From positions 12,896,001-12,960,000 of the forward strand of contig NC_083426.1 in NCBI RefSeq assembly GCF_020745735.1: a stretch of DNA of 64,000 nucleotides, written 5' to 3'. A program made the position numbers and the translations under genes. Source of the stretch: Hemiscyllium ocellatum (taxonomy: Eukaryota). Below, one piece after another: positions 1-12,599 of the stretch (its first letter is position 1; the number at the start of each line of letters is the position of its first letter). Under the pieces are notes generated by a model, which worked only from the letters and a program-made list of their open reading frames with translations, did not search any database and was not told where the DNA came from.

Positions 1-469
1 TACATTAACAACATTTAAAAGGCATTTGGGAAAATGCATGGATTGAAAAGGTTTAGAAGGATATAGGCCAAGTGCAAGGAAATGGGGTTAGCATGGATAG
101 ACATTTTGGTCAGCAAGGGCCTGTTTCCATGCTGGAGAACTCTATAACTCTAAGGAGTAAGGCATAGTTCTTACGACTAAAGGGATCCAAGGATATGGGG
201 AGAAAGTGGGAACAGGTTACTGAATTGGATGATCTGCCATGATCATATTGAATGATGAAGCATGCTAGAAGGGCTGAATGGCCTATTCCCACTCCTATAG
301 TCTGTATTTTTAAACAAGCGTTTCACTTCAGGGCGAGCTTAAAAATAATGTAATGTTAGGGATAGAAAGGTCTAACAGTTGGGAAAGCAGCAAACGAGAT
401 GATAGCATGATCTTGGCAGTGGTCCAGGAGCCTCTAGTGGCAAGGCTACCAGGTAGTTGTTGGGATGAA

Positions 470-3400
470 AACAGAAATAGCTGGCAAATCTCAGCAGGTC
501 TGGTAGCACTTTTGGGAAGAAAGCAGAGCTAACGATTTGAGTCCAGTGAAAACTGATAGCAGATACCTTTACATCGAGCCTCCTCCTGGGTGGTCCGCCC
601 TGGCGACTTATTTTTTCCGCCAGGTGCGTAACCTCAACTACGACACACAGCTCCTGTTCGTCGACCATGACGGTTTGGAGGCCACCCTTAAGGCGCTGCC
701 TGTCTTTTACCAGGACCTGATCACTGTCTGGAACATGGTCGAATCGCGCTGCTCCTACCCTCCAGCAGGAGTAGCGGCTGTCGTCAGGGAGCCATTGCTC
801 AGGAATCCGCACCTCCGTGCTCGCGGGTTCGAGTGGCTGTCAAAGGGGAGGGCCGTGGTGGCGAGAGTGACCAGGGTCGGGGACGTGCTGGATGCCGGGC
901 GCCTGGGCTGGACGCAGCGAGCAGGGCAGCGGTAGACGTCCGGTATGTGGCCACCGCCATCCGATGCCTTAAAACGGCTGTGCTCGGACCCGACATAGTG
1001 CACCAGTTGGAGGATGCTCAGGTGTGCGGTGGGATCCCGTCCGTGCTCACCCCAGCCCGGACGGAATTTCACATTGGCCCCAAGGTCCCGTACTTCTCGC
1101 GGGAGCCTGTGCCCCACAACCTGAGCCGCCTCCAGAATTTTACTTTTGTCCCTTTCAAGGACGTAAAAAGGCGGGCCCTGTATCGACTGCTGCTGCAGAC
1201 CGTCCACCTCTTCTCCCTCATCCACTGTCCGGACACGCCTTGGCGTGCCCATTTGCCGCCGGGCGGTGGGGATCTCTACGCGGGAGTCCTCCCCCTTTCT
1301 CTTGGGGATCTGGGGTGGAGGATGCTGCACGCAGCAGTCCCCTGCAACCATAGGTTGCGGTGGTTCATGGACTCCCAACCCAACTGCTTGTTCTGTGGCG
1401 CTGTGGAGTCCGTGGACCATGTGTATATTGGGTGTGGGTGTTTGCCCTCCCTTTTTGATTTTCTCAACAACCTTCTCCTCTGCTTTTGGTTGCACTTCAG
1501 TCCCACGCTCCTGATCTTCGGGCACCCGGTTCGGAGGAGGGAGGGCAGGTCTGAAGACCTCCTCATGGGTCTGCTCCTGGGCCTGGCCAAACTGGCCATA
1601 AACAGGTCCAGGCAGCGGGCCGTGGAGGGGGTCGTTAGGGCCGACTGCCTGCCCCTCTTCCGCGGTTACGTTAGGGCCCGGGTGTCCTTGGAGAAGGAGC
1701 ACGCAGTGTCCACCAACACCCTGGAGTTGTTCAGGGAGAGGTGGGCGCCGCAGGGAGTGGAGTGCATTATTTCCCCCTCCAACTCTATTTTGATTTAGTC
1801 CCTGCCCTCCCCTTCACTGTTTGATCATACAGCATTGCCCTTTGACATGAAGGGCACTGCTTGTCACTGGCCACCCGGGTGTTTTCCTATCTTCCTGGTG
1901 GTGGGAGTTGAATAAAGATTTGTGCACTTTGTGTCTCTCACTGTGTCTCACACCTGCACACACACACCATGGGTGCTGGGGAAAAAATAAGCACTACCGC
2001 AGTTAGGCGGTAGTGCGGGGGTTAAAAAAAAGAAGAAAAAATAAGAAGAGAAAAAGAAAACTGATAGCAGCTGGAAAAATGATATTTACGCTGAAAGTGA
2101 AATGGGGTGGTGGGATGATGGAAGAGGTGACAGAATAGGAGCCCAGAGAGGAGAGATATGTAAGAGGGTAGGCAGAACGTTCCCATTCACCACCAGCTCC
2201 TCTGAGCTCATCCTCACTTTGAATAACCTCTCCTTTAGCTCCTCTCCCTTTCTTCAGGTTAAATGTGTGGTCACACCCACATGGACCCTAGTTCTGCCTG
2301 TCCCTTTGTGGGGTATGTGGAACATTCCTTGTCCCAGTCGTACTCTGGCCTCCACGCACAACTCCTTCTCCGAAGCATCTTTGACATCATGACTGCTGTT
2401 TCACTCTCTCGTCAAGAATTGGAAACGTTGATCAATTTCCATCCAGCTGTCACCTTTGCCTGGTCCATCTTGGACTCCTCCCTTGAGGTGTCAATGACAC
2501 CTCTGTTTCCATTTCTGCGATAGACTGGTCACAAGTATAAACCCATGGTTACCTTAACTATATATCCTCAAACCATGCTTCCTATAAAAACTCTATTCCA
2601 TTTGCTCAGATGTTGCAATGCTTTGACAAAGAAAGCCTCTGAAACGTCTACCTTCCTCCTCAATCTGAGGATTCCCCAACTCTACACTTGATAAGGTCCT
2701 CAGCCCTATCCAACCCAACTTCTACACTTTTAGCCTCACATCTTCTCTTCCCACAACAATAGGGTCCCCCTCATCCTCACCTATCATCCCACCAGCATCC
2801 ACATCCAAAGACTCCTAAGCCACCATTTGTATCACCTCTAACAGGATGCCACCACCAGACACGTGTTCTCCTCGCTTCCCTTATCAGCATTTTGCAGGGA
2901 CCATTCCCTCCAAGACACCCTGGTCCACCTCTCCTCCACTCCCAACATTGTCCCTCTCCCCAGCATCACCTTCCCCTACAGCAGATGTAACACCTAACAG
3001 TTTGCTTCCTCCCTCCTTATGATCCAAAGCCCCAGACACACCTTCCAAGTGAAGCAGTGCTTTCCCTCAATCTAGTCTATTCTATGTACTGCTTACAATG
3101 TGGTCTCCTCTGCACTGGGGAGATGAAACGTAGACTGGGCAACCACTTTACAGAACACCAATCTTCTATCCACAACAATGACTCCAAGCTCCCTGTTACC
3201 TAGCACCTCAACACACCATGTTCTCTGGCCAACGTTTCTGTTACAAGCCTCTACCCCCCCCCCCTCCCCATTTTGCCTTCAGCATAGCCATCACTTTTTT
3301 TCCAAGCTGCTATCAGTTCTGATGAAGAGCCACTGGATTCAAACCAGTAACTCTGCTTTCTTCCCACAGATGCTGCCAGCAGTTTCTGTTTTTGCTTCAG
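470..3400 (+). mobile_element. Degenerate Penelope-like element (RT C-terminus + GIY-YIG) with inverted 5' pseudo-LTR interrupted by the Tx1 insertion
   Basis: CLQCGLLCTGEMKRRLGNHFTEH at ~3090-3160; 470-547 is the reverse complement of ~3330-3390. Confidence 0.65.
563..2055 (+). mobile_element. 5'-truncated Tx1-clade non-LTR retrotransposon (ORF2 C-terminus, 3' UTR, A-rich tail)
   Basis: LPVFYQDLITVW, EPLLRNP and zinc-binding CLFCGAVESVDHVYIGC motifs; one frameshift ~910-925; stop 1798; TSD GAAAACTGATAGCAG at 548-562 and 2056-2070; GC-rich. Confidence 0.9.
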
Positions 3401-3859
3401 ATCTCAACATCCACTCCTTTGTTCCACTTGTCTGTTCGGCGCAACAGTAATCTCTCTTTTGGTAAATCGCCAATGGAGCCGAAGGTTCATCCTTTATCAC
3501 TGCTAACATTGGTGGGCACCATTTTTAAAGATTCTTTTCATAGTGTGCCTATCGCTGGGTCAGAAGGTTCATGTTCAGCCTGTTTCTGAGACATGACTGA
3601 ACAAGTTGATTAGAAATACCTTCCTTTTTAGAAAAAAAAGACTATTTGGGGTTTTCGATTTGAGTTTGGGTTAGTTTGGTTTAATTTGAGTCAATTGTTT
3701 TATTTATTTAAATGATAGAAAGGAAGATTGATGGTTGTCCTGAATAGACACAGCAGTTGTTTCCAGGGATATGTCCCACGCAAGAGCCAGAAATTGTCCT
3801 TCCTTCCAATTACTTTTAAAGGCCACAAGCTCCTTCTAAGGTGTATATATATATAATCA

Positions 3860-4168
3860 TGGAATCCCAACAGTGTGGAAGCAGGCCCTTCAGCCCAACA
3901 AGTCCACAATGACCTCCAAAGAGTACCCCACCCAAACCCATTCTCCATTACTCTTCATTTCTCCATGCACTCAACCTACACCTCCCTGTACACTATGGGC
4001 AAGTTAACATGGTCAAATAACCTAACCAGCACATCTTTGGACTGTGGGAGGAAATCCACACAGACACGGGGAGAATGCGCAAACACCACACAGACAGTCA
4101 TCTGTGGCTGGAACCGAACCCAGGGTCCCTGGCGCTGTAAGGCAGCAATGCTAACCATTGAGCCACCA
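3860..4168 (-). mobile_element. HE1-type SINE
   Basis: Reverse complement of 5268-5575 family. Confidence 0.8.
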
Positions 4169-5267
4169 AGCTGCCCAGTACATTGCCCGGCACTTTCAAT
4201 GTGAAACTTTCTTCCAATTATGTATTTTGGAAATGATATCCTTCATTTTATTTTCTTGTCCATGAGCAGACATTTTGAATTTTATTCTGCACTGGCTGAT
4301 GCTGAATTTTGCAGTTACTCTGGAGTTCTGAGCTTGTTAGATCAAGAAATAAAATTGAAATAATAATCCCATTAATAAGGTCCCAGACACTTGTATGGAT
4401 CAACCTTCAAATTGCTGAGGAATCAGCTCCTTCAAACACTTACCGAAGTCCAACTATCTTTGCACCACATAGAAGAATTTATGGACAGAAAGATAACTGC
4501 TTCTTATTTTTTAGTTAAAATACAAAGGAATTTGTATTTGTACAGTGAAAGCAGAAATTGCAACATAATTTTGCAGAACTAGGAAGCTAATGATTAACCT
4601 CAATGCTTGCGTCTTTGAGACTATTTTTGAATACTGAAATATCTCAAACGGTTTTTGTGACATTCAAATGGCAAGCATACTGACTTGCAAAATGCAAGTG
4701 TAGGGTTGTTGTACTGAATTGATATTGGATACTGACTGAACCTCAGCTGGAGCATTGCATACAAGCCGAATGTAAATGCATTGCACAGAATGCCGAAGAG
4801 TTAATGAGAATGTTTCCAGGGATGGGAAGCTTCAGATATGGGGATAGATTGGAGGTGGGGGGATTGGACAGGAGAAGGCTGAAGGAAAGAGAAACAGAAA
4901 TGGTTGAAGAAACTCAGCGGGACAGGCAGCATCTCTGCAGAGAAAACAGAGTTAACGTTTCGGGTCTAGTATCCTGTCTTCAGAACTGATTGCTGGGAAA
5001 AGATTGCCATGTATGCTGAAGATAGGGGAATGAAAGGAAAGAGTAAATGATCAGTGGAGATGGAGCCCAGAGAGAGAGAGGGAGAGGGGGAGCAGCAGTT
5101 GGGCTGACAAAAGGGGTGGATAAAGATGAGTTGGGCAGAAAGCAAAGCTGTCAATGGGGACTATTAGTGGATGAGCATGGGTTGGCTCTATTGAAAGTGT
5201 CACACGTGATGAGGTGTGAAGGTAGGTTAAGGACATGGAAGAAGGTGCTCAATTTTTCCAAAACCAT

Positions 5268-5575
5268 GGCACGGCGGCACAGTGGTTAGCACTGCTGCCT
5301 CACAGCGCCAGGGACCTGGGTTCAATTCCCACCTCAGGCGACTGACTGTGTGGAGTTTGCACATTCTCCCCGTGTCTGCGTGGGTTTCCTCCGGGTGCTC
5401 CGGTTTCCTCCCACAGTCACAAAGATGTGCGGGTCAGGTGAATTGGCCATACTAAATTGCCCATAGTGTTAGGTAAGGGGTATATGTAGGGGTATGGGTG
5501 GGTTGCGCTTCGGCGGGTCGGTGTGGACTTGTTGGGCCGAAGGGCCTGTTTCCACACTGTAAGTAATCTAATCTA
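5268..5575 (+). mobile_element. HE1-type tRNA-derived SINE, young copy
   Basis: A/B-box tRNA-like head, conserved body, CR1-like 3' end, TAATC tail. Confidence 0.85.
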
Positions 5576-6616
5576 AAAAAAAGAGAGAGAAGCAACACTA
5601 GTGATGTCAATGCATCGGAGGAAAGGTTGTGGGTGGGGTTCAGAGTAGGATTGGAACAAGGAACATTCACCTCAAAGATTCAGGCATAACTGGGGCCCTG
5701 GGTGACTACTATTGACTTAAAGGTAAATTTGGTAGATGTTTTCAAAATCATCATGATGGGGTCTGGATAGAATAGCCAGGGAGAAACTGCTCATAACTGG
5801 ATTGAGAACCAGAGGGCCCATTTCTGAAGAATTTCCAAAAGAAGCGTATGTCGTGTGAGAAGACAGTTTTTCACTCAGTGAGTAGATGGAGTATGGAACA
5901 TCTGCCCAGAAGAGTATTGGAGGAAGGTTTAACTGAGGCAGTCAAGAGAGCATTAGATGATAGTCGAAATGGAAACAATAGGGCAGAATCATCCCAGACA
6001 CTGAATGTTCTGCGCTGTGGTGAAAAGTTTAGGAAATTTGAGTGGGATGTCCAGTGAGGACCTGCTCGACATCAAGACCAAATATTTGCATTTCCCACAT
6101 AAGTATAGAAAGGTGAGAAGAGATTACCATTCGTGAGTGGTGGGAGGTGCATTATCTCCTCATTATTACTTAATCTTGCTTCATGAAATACAGGCTCCAA
6201 TTCTCCCACTTGCTGGATAGAAACTAGATGCTGAGAATTCCTCACATGACTGTTAGAGAGCTTACCTGGTTGCCACTTACTCTTTTGACCTCCATCTTGA
6301 ATACACAGTATCTCAGGGGATTCTCCTTGGGCAGTGGGCATTGATGGATGTTGACGTATCACACATAGCAGCCTCTTTGCATCTTCCTGGTACATCACCA
6401 GTCCACTGAAGGACACTTCTACACTTTAGTGTTGGCCTTTGGAGTGCACCGGTGTCTCTCATTGCAAAACTGCTGTGAGGACACTTTGCACACAGGGAGA
6501 GGCACCCTGTGACTGGATTGGACTGGATGTTGCAGCATCTCAAGGTTGCGTGCTCACTCCCTCAGCACTCACTTTGCTCCTTCCTCAATGGCTCACAGCA
6601 TCCCTGCCATTTTGCA

Positions 6617-7110
6617 AAGTTAAAAATCACACAACGCCAGGTTATAGTCCAATAGGTTTAATTGGAAACACCAGCTTTCAGAGCGCTGCTCCTTCATCAG
6701 GTGGTTGTGGAGAATAAGATCATAAGACACAGAATTTATAGCAAAAGCTTACAGAGTGGTGTAACTGAAATTATATCTGGGCTGACATGATACCAATTGT
6801 TAAAGTTCACTTGAGAATGTAACTTTTAAAAGTTCTGTGATTCACATTTGAAAGAACTGAAACCAACATGGTCGTTCTAAAAGATGAAAGACTTAACAAA
6901 CAATCCAGGTCTTTTTCAATATATAATTTTAGTTACATCACACAGTAAACTTTTGCTATAAATTCTGTGTCTTATGATCTTACACTCTACAACCACCTGA
7001 TGAAGGAGCAGCGCTCCGAAAGCTAGTGTTTCCAAATAAACCTGTTGGACTATAACCTGATGTTGTGTGGTTTTTAACTTTGTACTCCCCAGTCCAACAC
7101 CGGCATCTCC
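6617..7110. mobile_element. Penelope-derived inverted-repeat element with hammerhead motif (+ 6994-7028)
   Basis: ~150-nt inverted arms; CAC-CTGATGA-A-GGAGC AGC GCTCC-GAAA-GCTA-GTG; same family at 52980-53370 and 47660-47840. Confidence 0.75.
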
Positions 7111-7669
7111 ATATCATGGATTTTTTACACTTTGGCCTATCAGCCAGACTTTTAAGGCTTATTTCTGATTTGCCTTGCAGCTTAGTACAAACACCAAGCC
7201 AGGCAGCTTGTGCTGGTTGTCAGCAGTCATGGGTCAGGGGCAGGTGGAGAGAATGTTACTGTTTGGCACTGTGCTATGTCATTGTTACCCCTGCAGCATG
7301 TACCAGCCGCACATATACAAAAATGCTACAAGTGCTGCAAGCAAACAGCCATGACTCGCAATCTAATGAAAGTACTCTTTAGTAAGTTACAGGGTATTAT
7401 CCTTCACACTTTGAACATATGGATAAAGCAAAGCTTACAGCAGTCCATCTGTAAGAAAACAATTCTTGCTAGTTCAACAGTTAATAATTTCACTCTGGGT
7501 CATGAAGGCATAACCTGTTGGAGTAACATTGTATAAAAAGGGAGATATTGTGAGTGATAACTACAGAATATCATTTTGAATTAGTACGTAGCACTTTCAC
7601 CACTGAAGCAAGAAGTTTGTGAATTCAAGTTACCATCCAGAAATCTGATCCTTGGACACCCAAATGTTT

Positions 7670-9160
7670 GACTTTCAGTGGCATCAACATTGCTAAATCC
7701 CCCCCTATCAACACCCTGGAGGTTACCATTTACCAGAAACTGAACTGAACTAGCCATTCTAAATAACTGCAGTTACAAGAACCAATCAGGGGCAAGGAAT
7801 CTTCAGTGAGTAACTTACCTCCTTCCCCTTCCAACTCTATTTTGATTTAGTCCCTGCCCTCCCCTTCGCTGTTTGATCACTCAGCATTGACCTTTGATCT
7901 GAAGGGCACTGCTTGTCACAGGCCACTCGGGTGTTTTCCTTTCTTCCTGGTGGTGGAAGTTAAATAAAGATTTGTGCACTTTGTGTCTCTCACTGTGTCT
8001 CACACTTGCTCACACACACCATGGGTGCTAAGAAACAAAAAAATATATAATCAGATTAGCATTGCCCTTTGATGTGAAGGGCACTGCTTGTCACAGGCCA
8101 CTTGGGTGCTTTCCTATTTTCCTGGTGGTGAAAATTAAATAAAGGTTTGTGCACTTTGTGTCTCACACCTGCACACACACACACCATGGGTGCTGGGGAA
8201 AAAATAAGCACTACCACACTCGGCGGTAGTGTGGTGGTTAATTTAAAAAAAAGAAAAAAAAAGCAGGTGTAAAAAAAAAGAAAAAAAAAGATAAAAAGTA
8301 ACTTACCTCCTTCCCCTTCCAACTCTATTTTGATTTAGTCCCTGCCCTCCCCTTCGCTGTTTGATCACTCAGCATTGCCCTTTGATGTGAAGGGCACTGC
8401 TTGTCACAGGCCACTCGGGTGTTTTCCTTTCTTCCTGGTGGTGGAAGTTAAATAAAGATTTGTGCACTTTGTGTCTCTCACTGCGTCTCACACCTGCTCA
8501 CACACACCATGGGTGCTGGGGAAAAAAATAAGCACTACCGCAGTTAGGCGGTAGTGTGGGGTTTAAAAAAAAATTTTTAAAAAAGAAAAAAATTTTAAAA
8601 AAGAGGAAAGAAAAAGTAACTTCCCTCCTGATTGGTCAAAGCCTGTCCACCATCTACAGGGCACAAGTCAGGAGTGTGATGGAAGGCTCCCCACTTGTCT
8701 GAATGGGTGCAGCTCCAACAATACTCAAGAGGCATGACACCATCCAGGATGAAGCAAACCTCTTGATTGGCATTATCTCCACAAACATCTACTCCCTCCA
8801 ACACCGACACTCAGCGGCAGCAGTGTGTACCATCTCAAGATGCACTGCAGAAATTTATCAAGGCTCCTTAGTCAGCACCTTCCAAATCAACAATGACTTC
8901 CATCTAGAAGGCCAGGGGAATTATAGATGTGGGAATATTTCCACCTACAAGTTCCCTTCCAAGCCAGTCAGAATCCTAAATCACTGTTCCCTGTGTCAGT
9001 TTGGTGAAAATCCTGGAACTCTCTCCCAAACAGAACTGTGGGTCTCCCTCCACCAAATGGACTGCAGTATTGTAGAAGGTAGCTCACTAATATCTTCTGA
9101 AGGACATCTAAGGATGAGCAATAAACCCTGGTTCAGGTGACACAGCACATTTCCAAAGAA
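7670..9160 (+). mobile_element. CR1/L2-group LINE RT C-terminal fragment, split by the Tx1 3'-end stack
   Basis: MGAAPTILKRHDTIQDEANLLIG..SLQHRHSAAAVCTI; homologous uninterrupted copy at ~18020-18680. Confidence 0.6.
7823..8614 (+). mobile_element. Stack of three Tx1 3'-end copies (7823-~8045, 8057-8296, 8311-8614)
   Basis: Each matches 1770-2055; target motif AGTAACTT(A/C)CCTCC at 7809-7822, 8297-8310, 8615-8628. Confidence 0.9.
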
Positions 9161-10065
9161 TAAATTAAAATAAGTTGAACCCTGACTGCCCTCTTAGGTG
9201 GGAATGAAAACATCCCACTACACTTTGCAAAAAAGAGACAGGAACTCTCCCTGAACCAGCAATTAAAAATCATCAGATGATCTGGTAATTTAAACATTGG
9301 TGAGAGCTTACTTCCAATGAATGGCTGCAGTATTTCCTACGTTAACTCATTGGCTGAGAAGAATTCAGGAGCGAGAGGAAGTTCTAATTAGCTCTGAATT
9401 CTGTTGCTGAGATAATTCAACATTTTTGAATAACTGACTTTTAAAACTTCTATTTCTAAGTTACTGTGAAGATTAAAAAGCCTGTAAATGAATTTGAACA
9501 CAACCATCCAGAGTGGTTCAACATCACAGTGAAGCAACAACTTGGATCACATGCTTCAACCATTAACTTCCCATCCAGACATGTCAAACTTCAAAATAAA
9601 CGGTTGAGTTAAGGGGATGAACTTTAATTCTCAGAAATGCAGCTGTAACAATTATAACCTGCTCTCTCCTGAATGAGGAACAAGCATATGAGGACACCCA
9701 CAAGGTATACTTAGCTGTCTGCAACCTCTGTAACACATCTCAAGGGAAGAAAAAAAACAGACATGAGCATGACAGCCCAAGAAATCGGAAACAGAAAGCA
9801 AAATTGCTGGTGAAACTCTGCATGTCTGGCAACATTTGTGGAGAGAAAGCAGAAATAATGTTTCGAGTCCAGCGACCCTTCTTTGGGGCTGATAGCAGCT
9901 CAGAACAATTGTTTAAATTGCTGAAAACAGGGGATAGTGAGTGGGTAGGCAGAGATAAAGAGAGTGATATTGAGAGAGATATAGAGAGACATAGAGATGA
10001 AGTGGGAGACGGCACGGGACAGGGCGACACTAGGCACACAGACACACTGAGCCTTCAGTTAGTCA

Positions 10066-10691
10066 TGTAACATATAAGATGGCCGTCAGGCCACAATGTA
10101 GAGAGAGCTGGCAAAGCAAACACAGACACTGCCTGGCGCCACCAGAATGCCAGCACAATGCATTCACAACCTGGTTGATTAGTTTAAGGCGGTTGGGGGA
10201 GACAATACACATGAGTCACGTACGCTGCCATTGAAGTGTCTGGGTCCAGCCAACATCTTTGATAGAAATGCCAACAGCTTGATATGGACTCAATACAGAG
10301 TGCTAGTAGACAGGGCTGCAGTAATCATCCTTCTCAGGAAGACCGATTAGCACCCATTACTTCAGCAATGGACTTCCATGCCAAAATTGAAACTGACTAT
10401 GTCCGCACTGAAACTGACAACGACCATGTTGAAATTAACAAAGGCTGCGCTGGAGCTGACAATGACTACATCGAAACTATCAAAGATTCTGTAATGTTAC
10501 TATAAACAACCTTGTTACAGTGACAACAATCTCATCACTGACCTATTGTATCACAAGATGGTGCTCCGGGTTGAGAGAAGACTCGCAGCTGACCACTGTG
10601 CTGTTGGTGTCTTTCTCCCCCTGGAGCTCCGGTATTTCCTTGTACACTGCCACTGAACCCTGACTCTGAGGCTGGTGATTTCCCCACAACA
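10066..10691 (+). repeat. Putative 5' LTR of the provirus (5' boundary uncertain)
   Basis: TG...ACA ends, followed after 2 nt by TGG-initiated PBS-like 18-mer; no second copy to confirm. Confidence 0.5.
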
Positions 10692-10693
10692 AT

Positions 10694-10711
10694 TGGTGCT
10701 GCAAACAGGGT
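10694..10711 (+). promoter_or_regulatory. Primer binding site-like sequence TGGTGCTGCAAACAGGGT; candidate major splice donor GTAAGA at 10758
   Basis: Position just after LTR end; by eye closest to a degenerate tRNA-Phe complement. Confidence 0.5.
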
Positions 10712-11287
10712 TCTTATTACTAGTGCCTTGGTCGAAGGCCACAATCAGGGAGCTGGGGTAAGAACCAAATTGTACCTGCAAACGGGAAGAGACAAACTGG
10801 GCCAAAGGCACAGCTAAAAGGTATACCGATTGTAATGTCTAAATTGCTGCAGTACTGAGTTAAACATTTTTAAAGTGCATGTCCATGGAGAATAAATGTT
10901 AATTGCATTAACTGTTGTGAGAATCTGCTGCTTGTGCTGAAACAGCCAGAGGACAAGTAGTGCCTGTCTCAGAGACCCTGCGCTAAACAGGTTGTTAAGA
11001 AGGGTAGGGTAAAGAGTCCCACTGATAGAGAGCACACCCTACTGAGCCAGCATTCCCAGCCGACCATTACGTACCGACTAGTAATGGTGGCCGGGGTGGG
11101 GGGTGGGGGGGGGGGGGGGGGGGGAGGCAGGGTAGAGAAGTCCCACCAGTAGAGAGCACACCTTGCTAGGAGGCTGCTACGGCCATACAGATGATGCTGG
11201 GACAGTATTGGATGGGGGTGTAGAGAAGTCCCCACTGGTCAGGAACACTTTACTGTTGGTGGTATCCAGGGGCACGCAATCTGCTAA

Positions 11288-12571
11288 ATGGCAGATCAAA
11301 ATTTTAAGGGGGATATTGCAGGTTCCCTTATTGAGAAATACAAGGCAGATAGACAAGGGCTGACAGAGCGATTGTAGAAAAGTGGTTGGGACCCATCCCA
11401 GACATTAGCACAACAGAGAGTGTGGATGGATAAGCAGAAACAGAATAAAATTAAAAAGATTGGGGTAATGCTAGTGCACCAATTAGCAGGCCGAATTGAA
11501 CAAGTGAATGCCTCCATGAGTAGGTGGAAAAGGACTAGGAACAAATTAAAGAGCTGGAGGGCATTATAAAGGATCTAGAATTCACATTAGAAAAAAATAC
11601 AAGAGGAGAAAGAGATAGACCCTCTCCCCTTCTACAAAACCATCCAGCAGTGACCAATTGCTCCCTCTGTTGGAAAAACCATGCAAGAATATAACTTAGC
11701 GCCCATTACCAGAGGAGGGACAGAATCATAGCCCAAAGGACTTATGAACCCTTCACCCCAAGGGTAGCAAGTTATGGCTTCCCTGGGCAAATTATAGTTC
11801 TGGAGCGCAAACACCAGGGAAGGGCTGGATAGTGTATGGGTAGGGCACCAACTACACCTGAAGGACCTACACCAGCTGGTCTGGGCAGCTTGCCCAGCAG
11901 ACAAGTGGAGGCAGGTAGCTGGCGGACACGATGCCACAGCAGCCCAAGACTTTAGGGGAGGATGATGGACACATGCTGTTGCCCCCACAGCTGAGACAGA
12001 TACCCAGCAGGCCCCCCTCACCGACTTTAAAGAAGAAATCCTGAGGTTGCTAAGAAATGATCCCACAATCTGGAGCAAGATCACAACCTCTAAGCAACTT
12101 AAAGGGGAGGGAGCCTTTGATTATGGGGAACGATTATTTCGGATCAATCAGGAATGCTCAGGACAAGCAAACCCAGACCGGGGTGGGGGGGAACCGGGCA
12201 TTCATCCAAGCTTTTAAAGATGGACTCTAGCACCCACCAAGCCATCCTGAAAATGGGTGTAATAATGTCCCAGGATTCTGATGACCGAGTCAAGTGGGCT
12301 AGCGGAGTGCAGGATGCAAAAGCTCCCACAGCAAAGGCAAGACCTGACAGAGCAGCCGACTGGAATGGAGGCAAGAGGAGAATAAAATGATCCTGCCACA
12401 ACTGTGGCCGACAGGGGACACTTTGCTGGAGAGTGTAGGGTCCCACGAGCAGGAAATAGAGCAGGGAACAATGTAAAATACTGCAGCCACTGCAACAGAA
12501 TAGGACACATTGAGGCAGTGTGCTGGGAAAAGCATGGGGCACCCCCAAACACCAGCCGGAACACGGCGTAG
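11288..12571 (+). pseudogene. gag: Retroviral gag, disrupted
   Basis: ATG 11288 (MADQNFKGD, no N-myristoyl Gly), coiled-coil-like segment, MHR-like QLKGEGAFDYGERLF, two CCHC knuckles (~12394-12436 frameshifted; 12482-12523 CSHCNRIGHIEAVC), TAG 12569. Confidence 0.8.
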
Positions 12572-12599
12572 TCGCGGGAGTCCAAGGTCAGCAGAACTG

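Noticed and set aside
833-1798. 321-aa ORF as an independent gene
   Set aside because: It is the C-terminal part of the frameshifted Tx1 ORF2; its first ~30 aa are out-of-frame sequence.
4380-4500. Minus-strand donor with short open frame (MWCKDSWTS) suggesting an antisense host gene
   Set aside because: No supporting exons or recognisable protein; chance occurrence likely.
5268-5345. tRNA genes at SINE heads (also 23424, 31740, 48657, 61490)
   Set aside because: Only A/B-box-containing SINE heads continuous with SINE bodies; no full cloverleaf.
6070-6600. Possible transposase or exon relic on minus strand (ORFs 6072-6416, 6313-6543)
   Set aside because: No recognisable motif; left uncalled pending a translated search.
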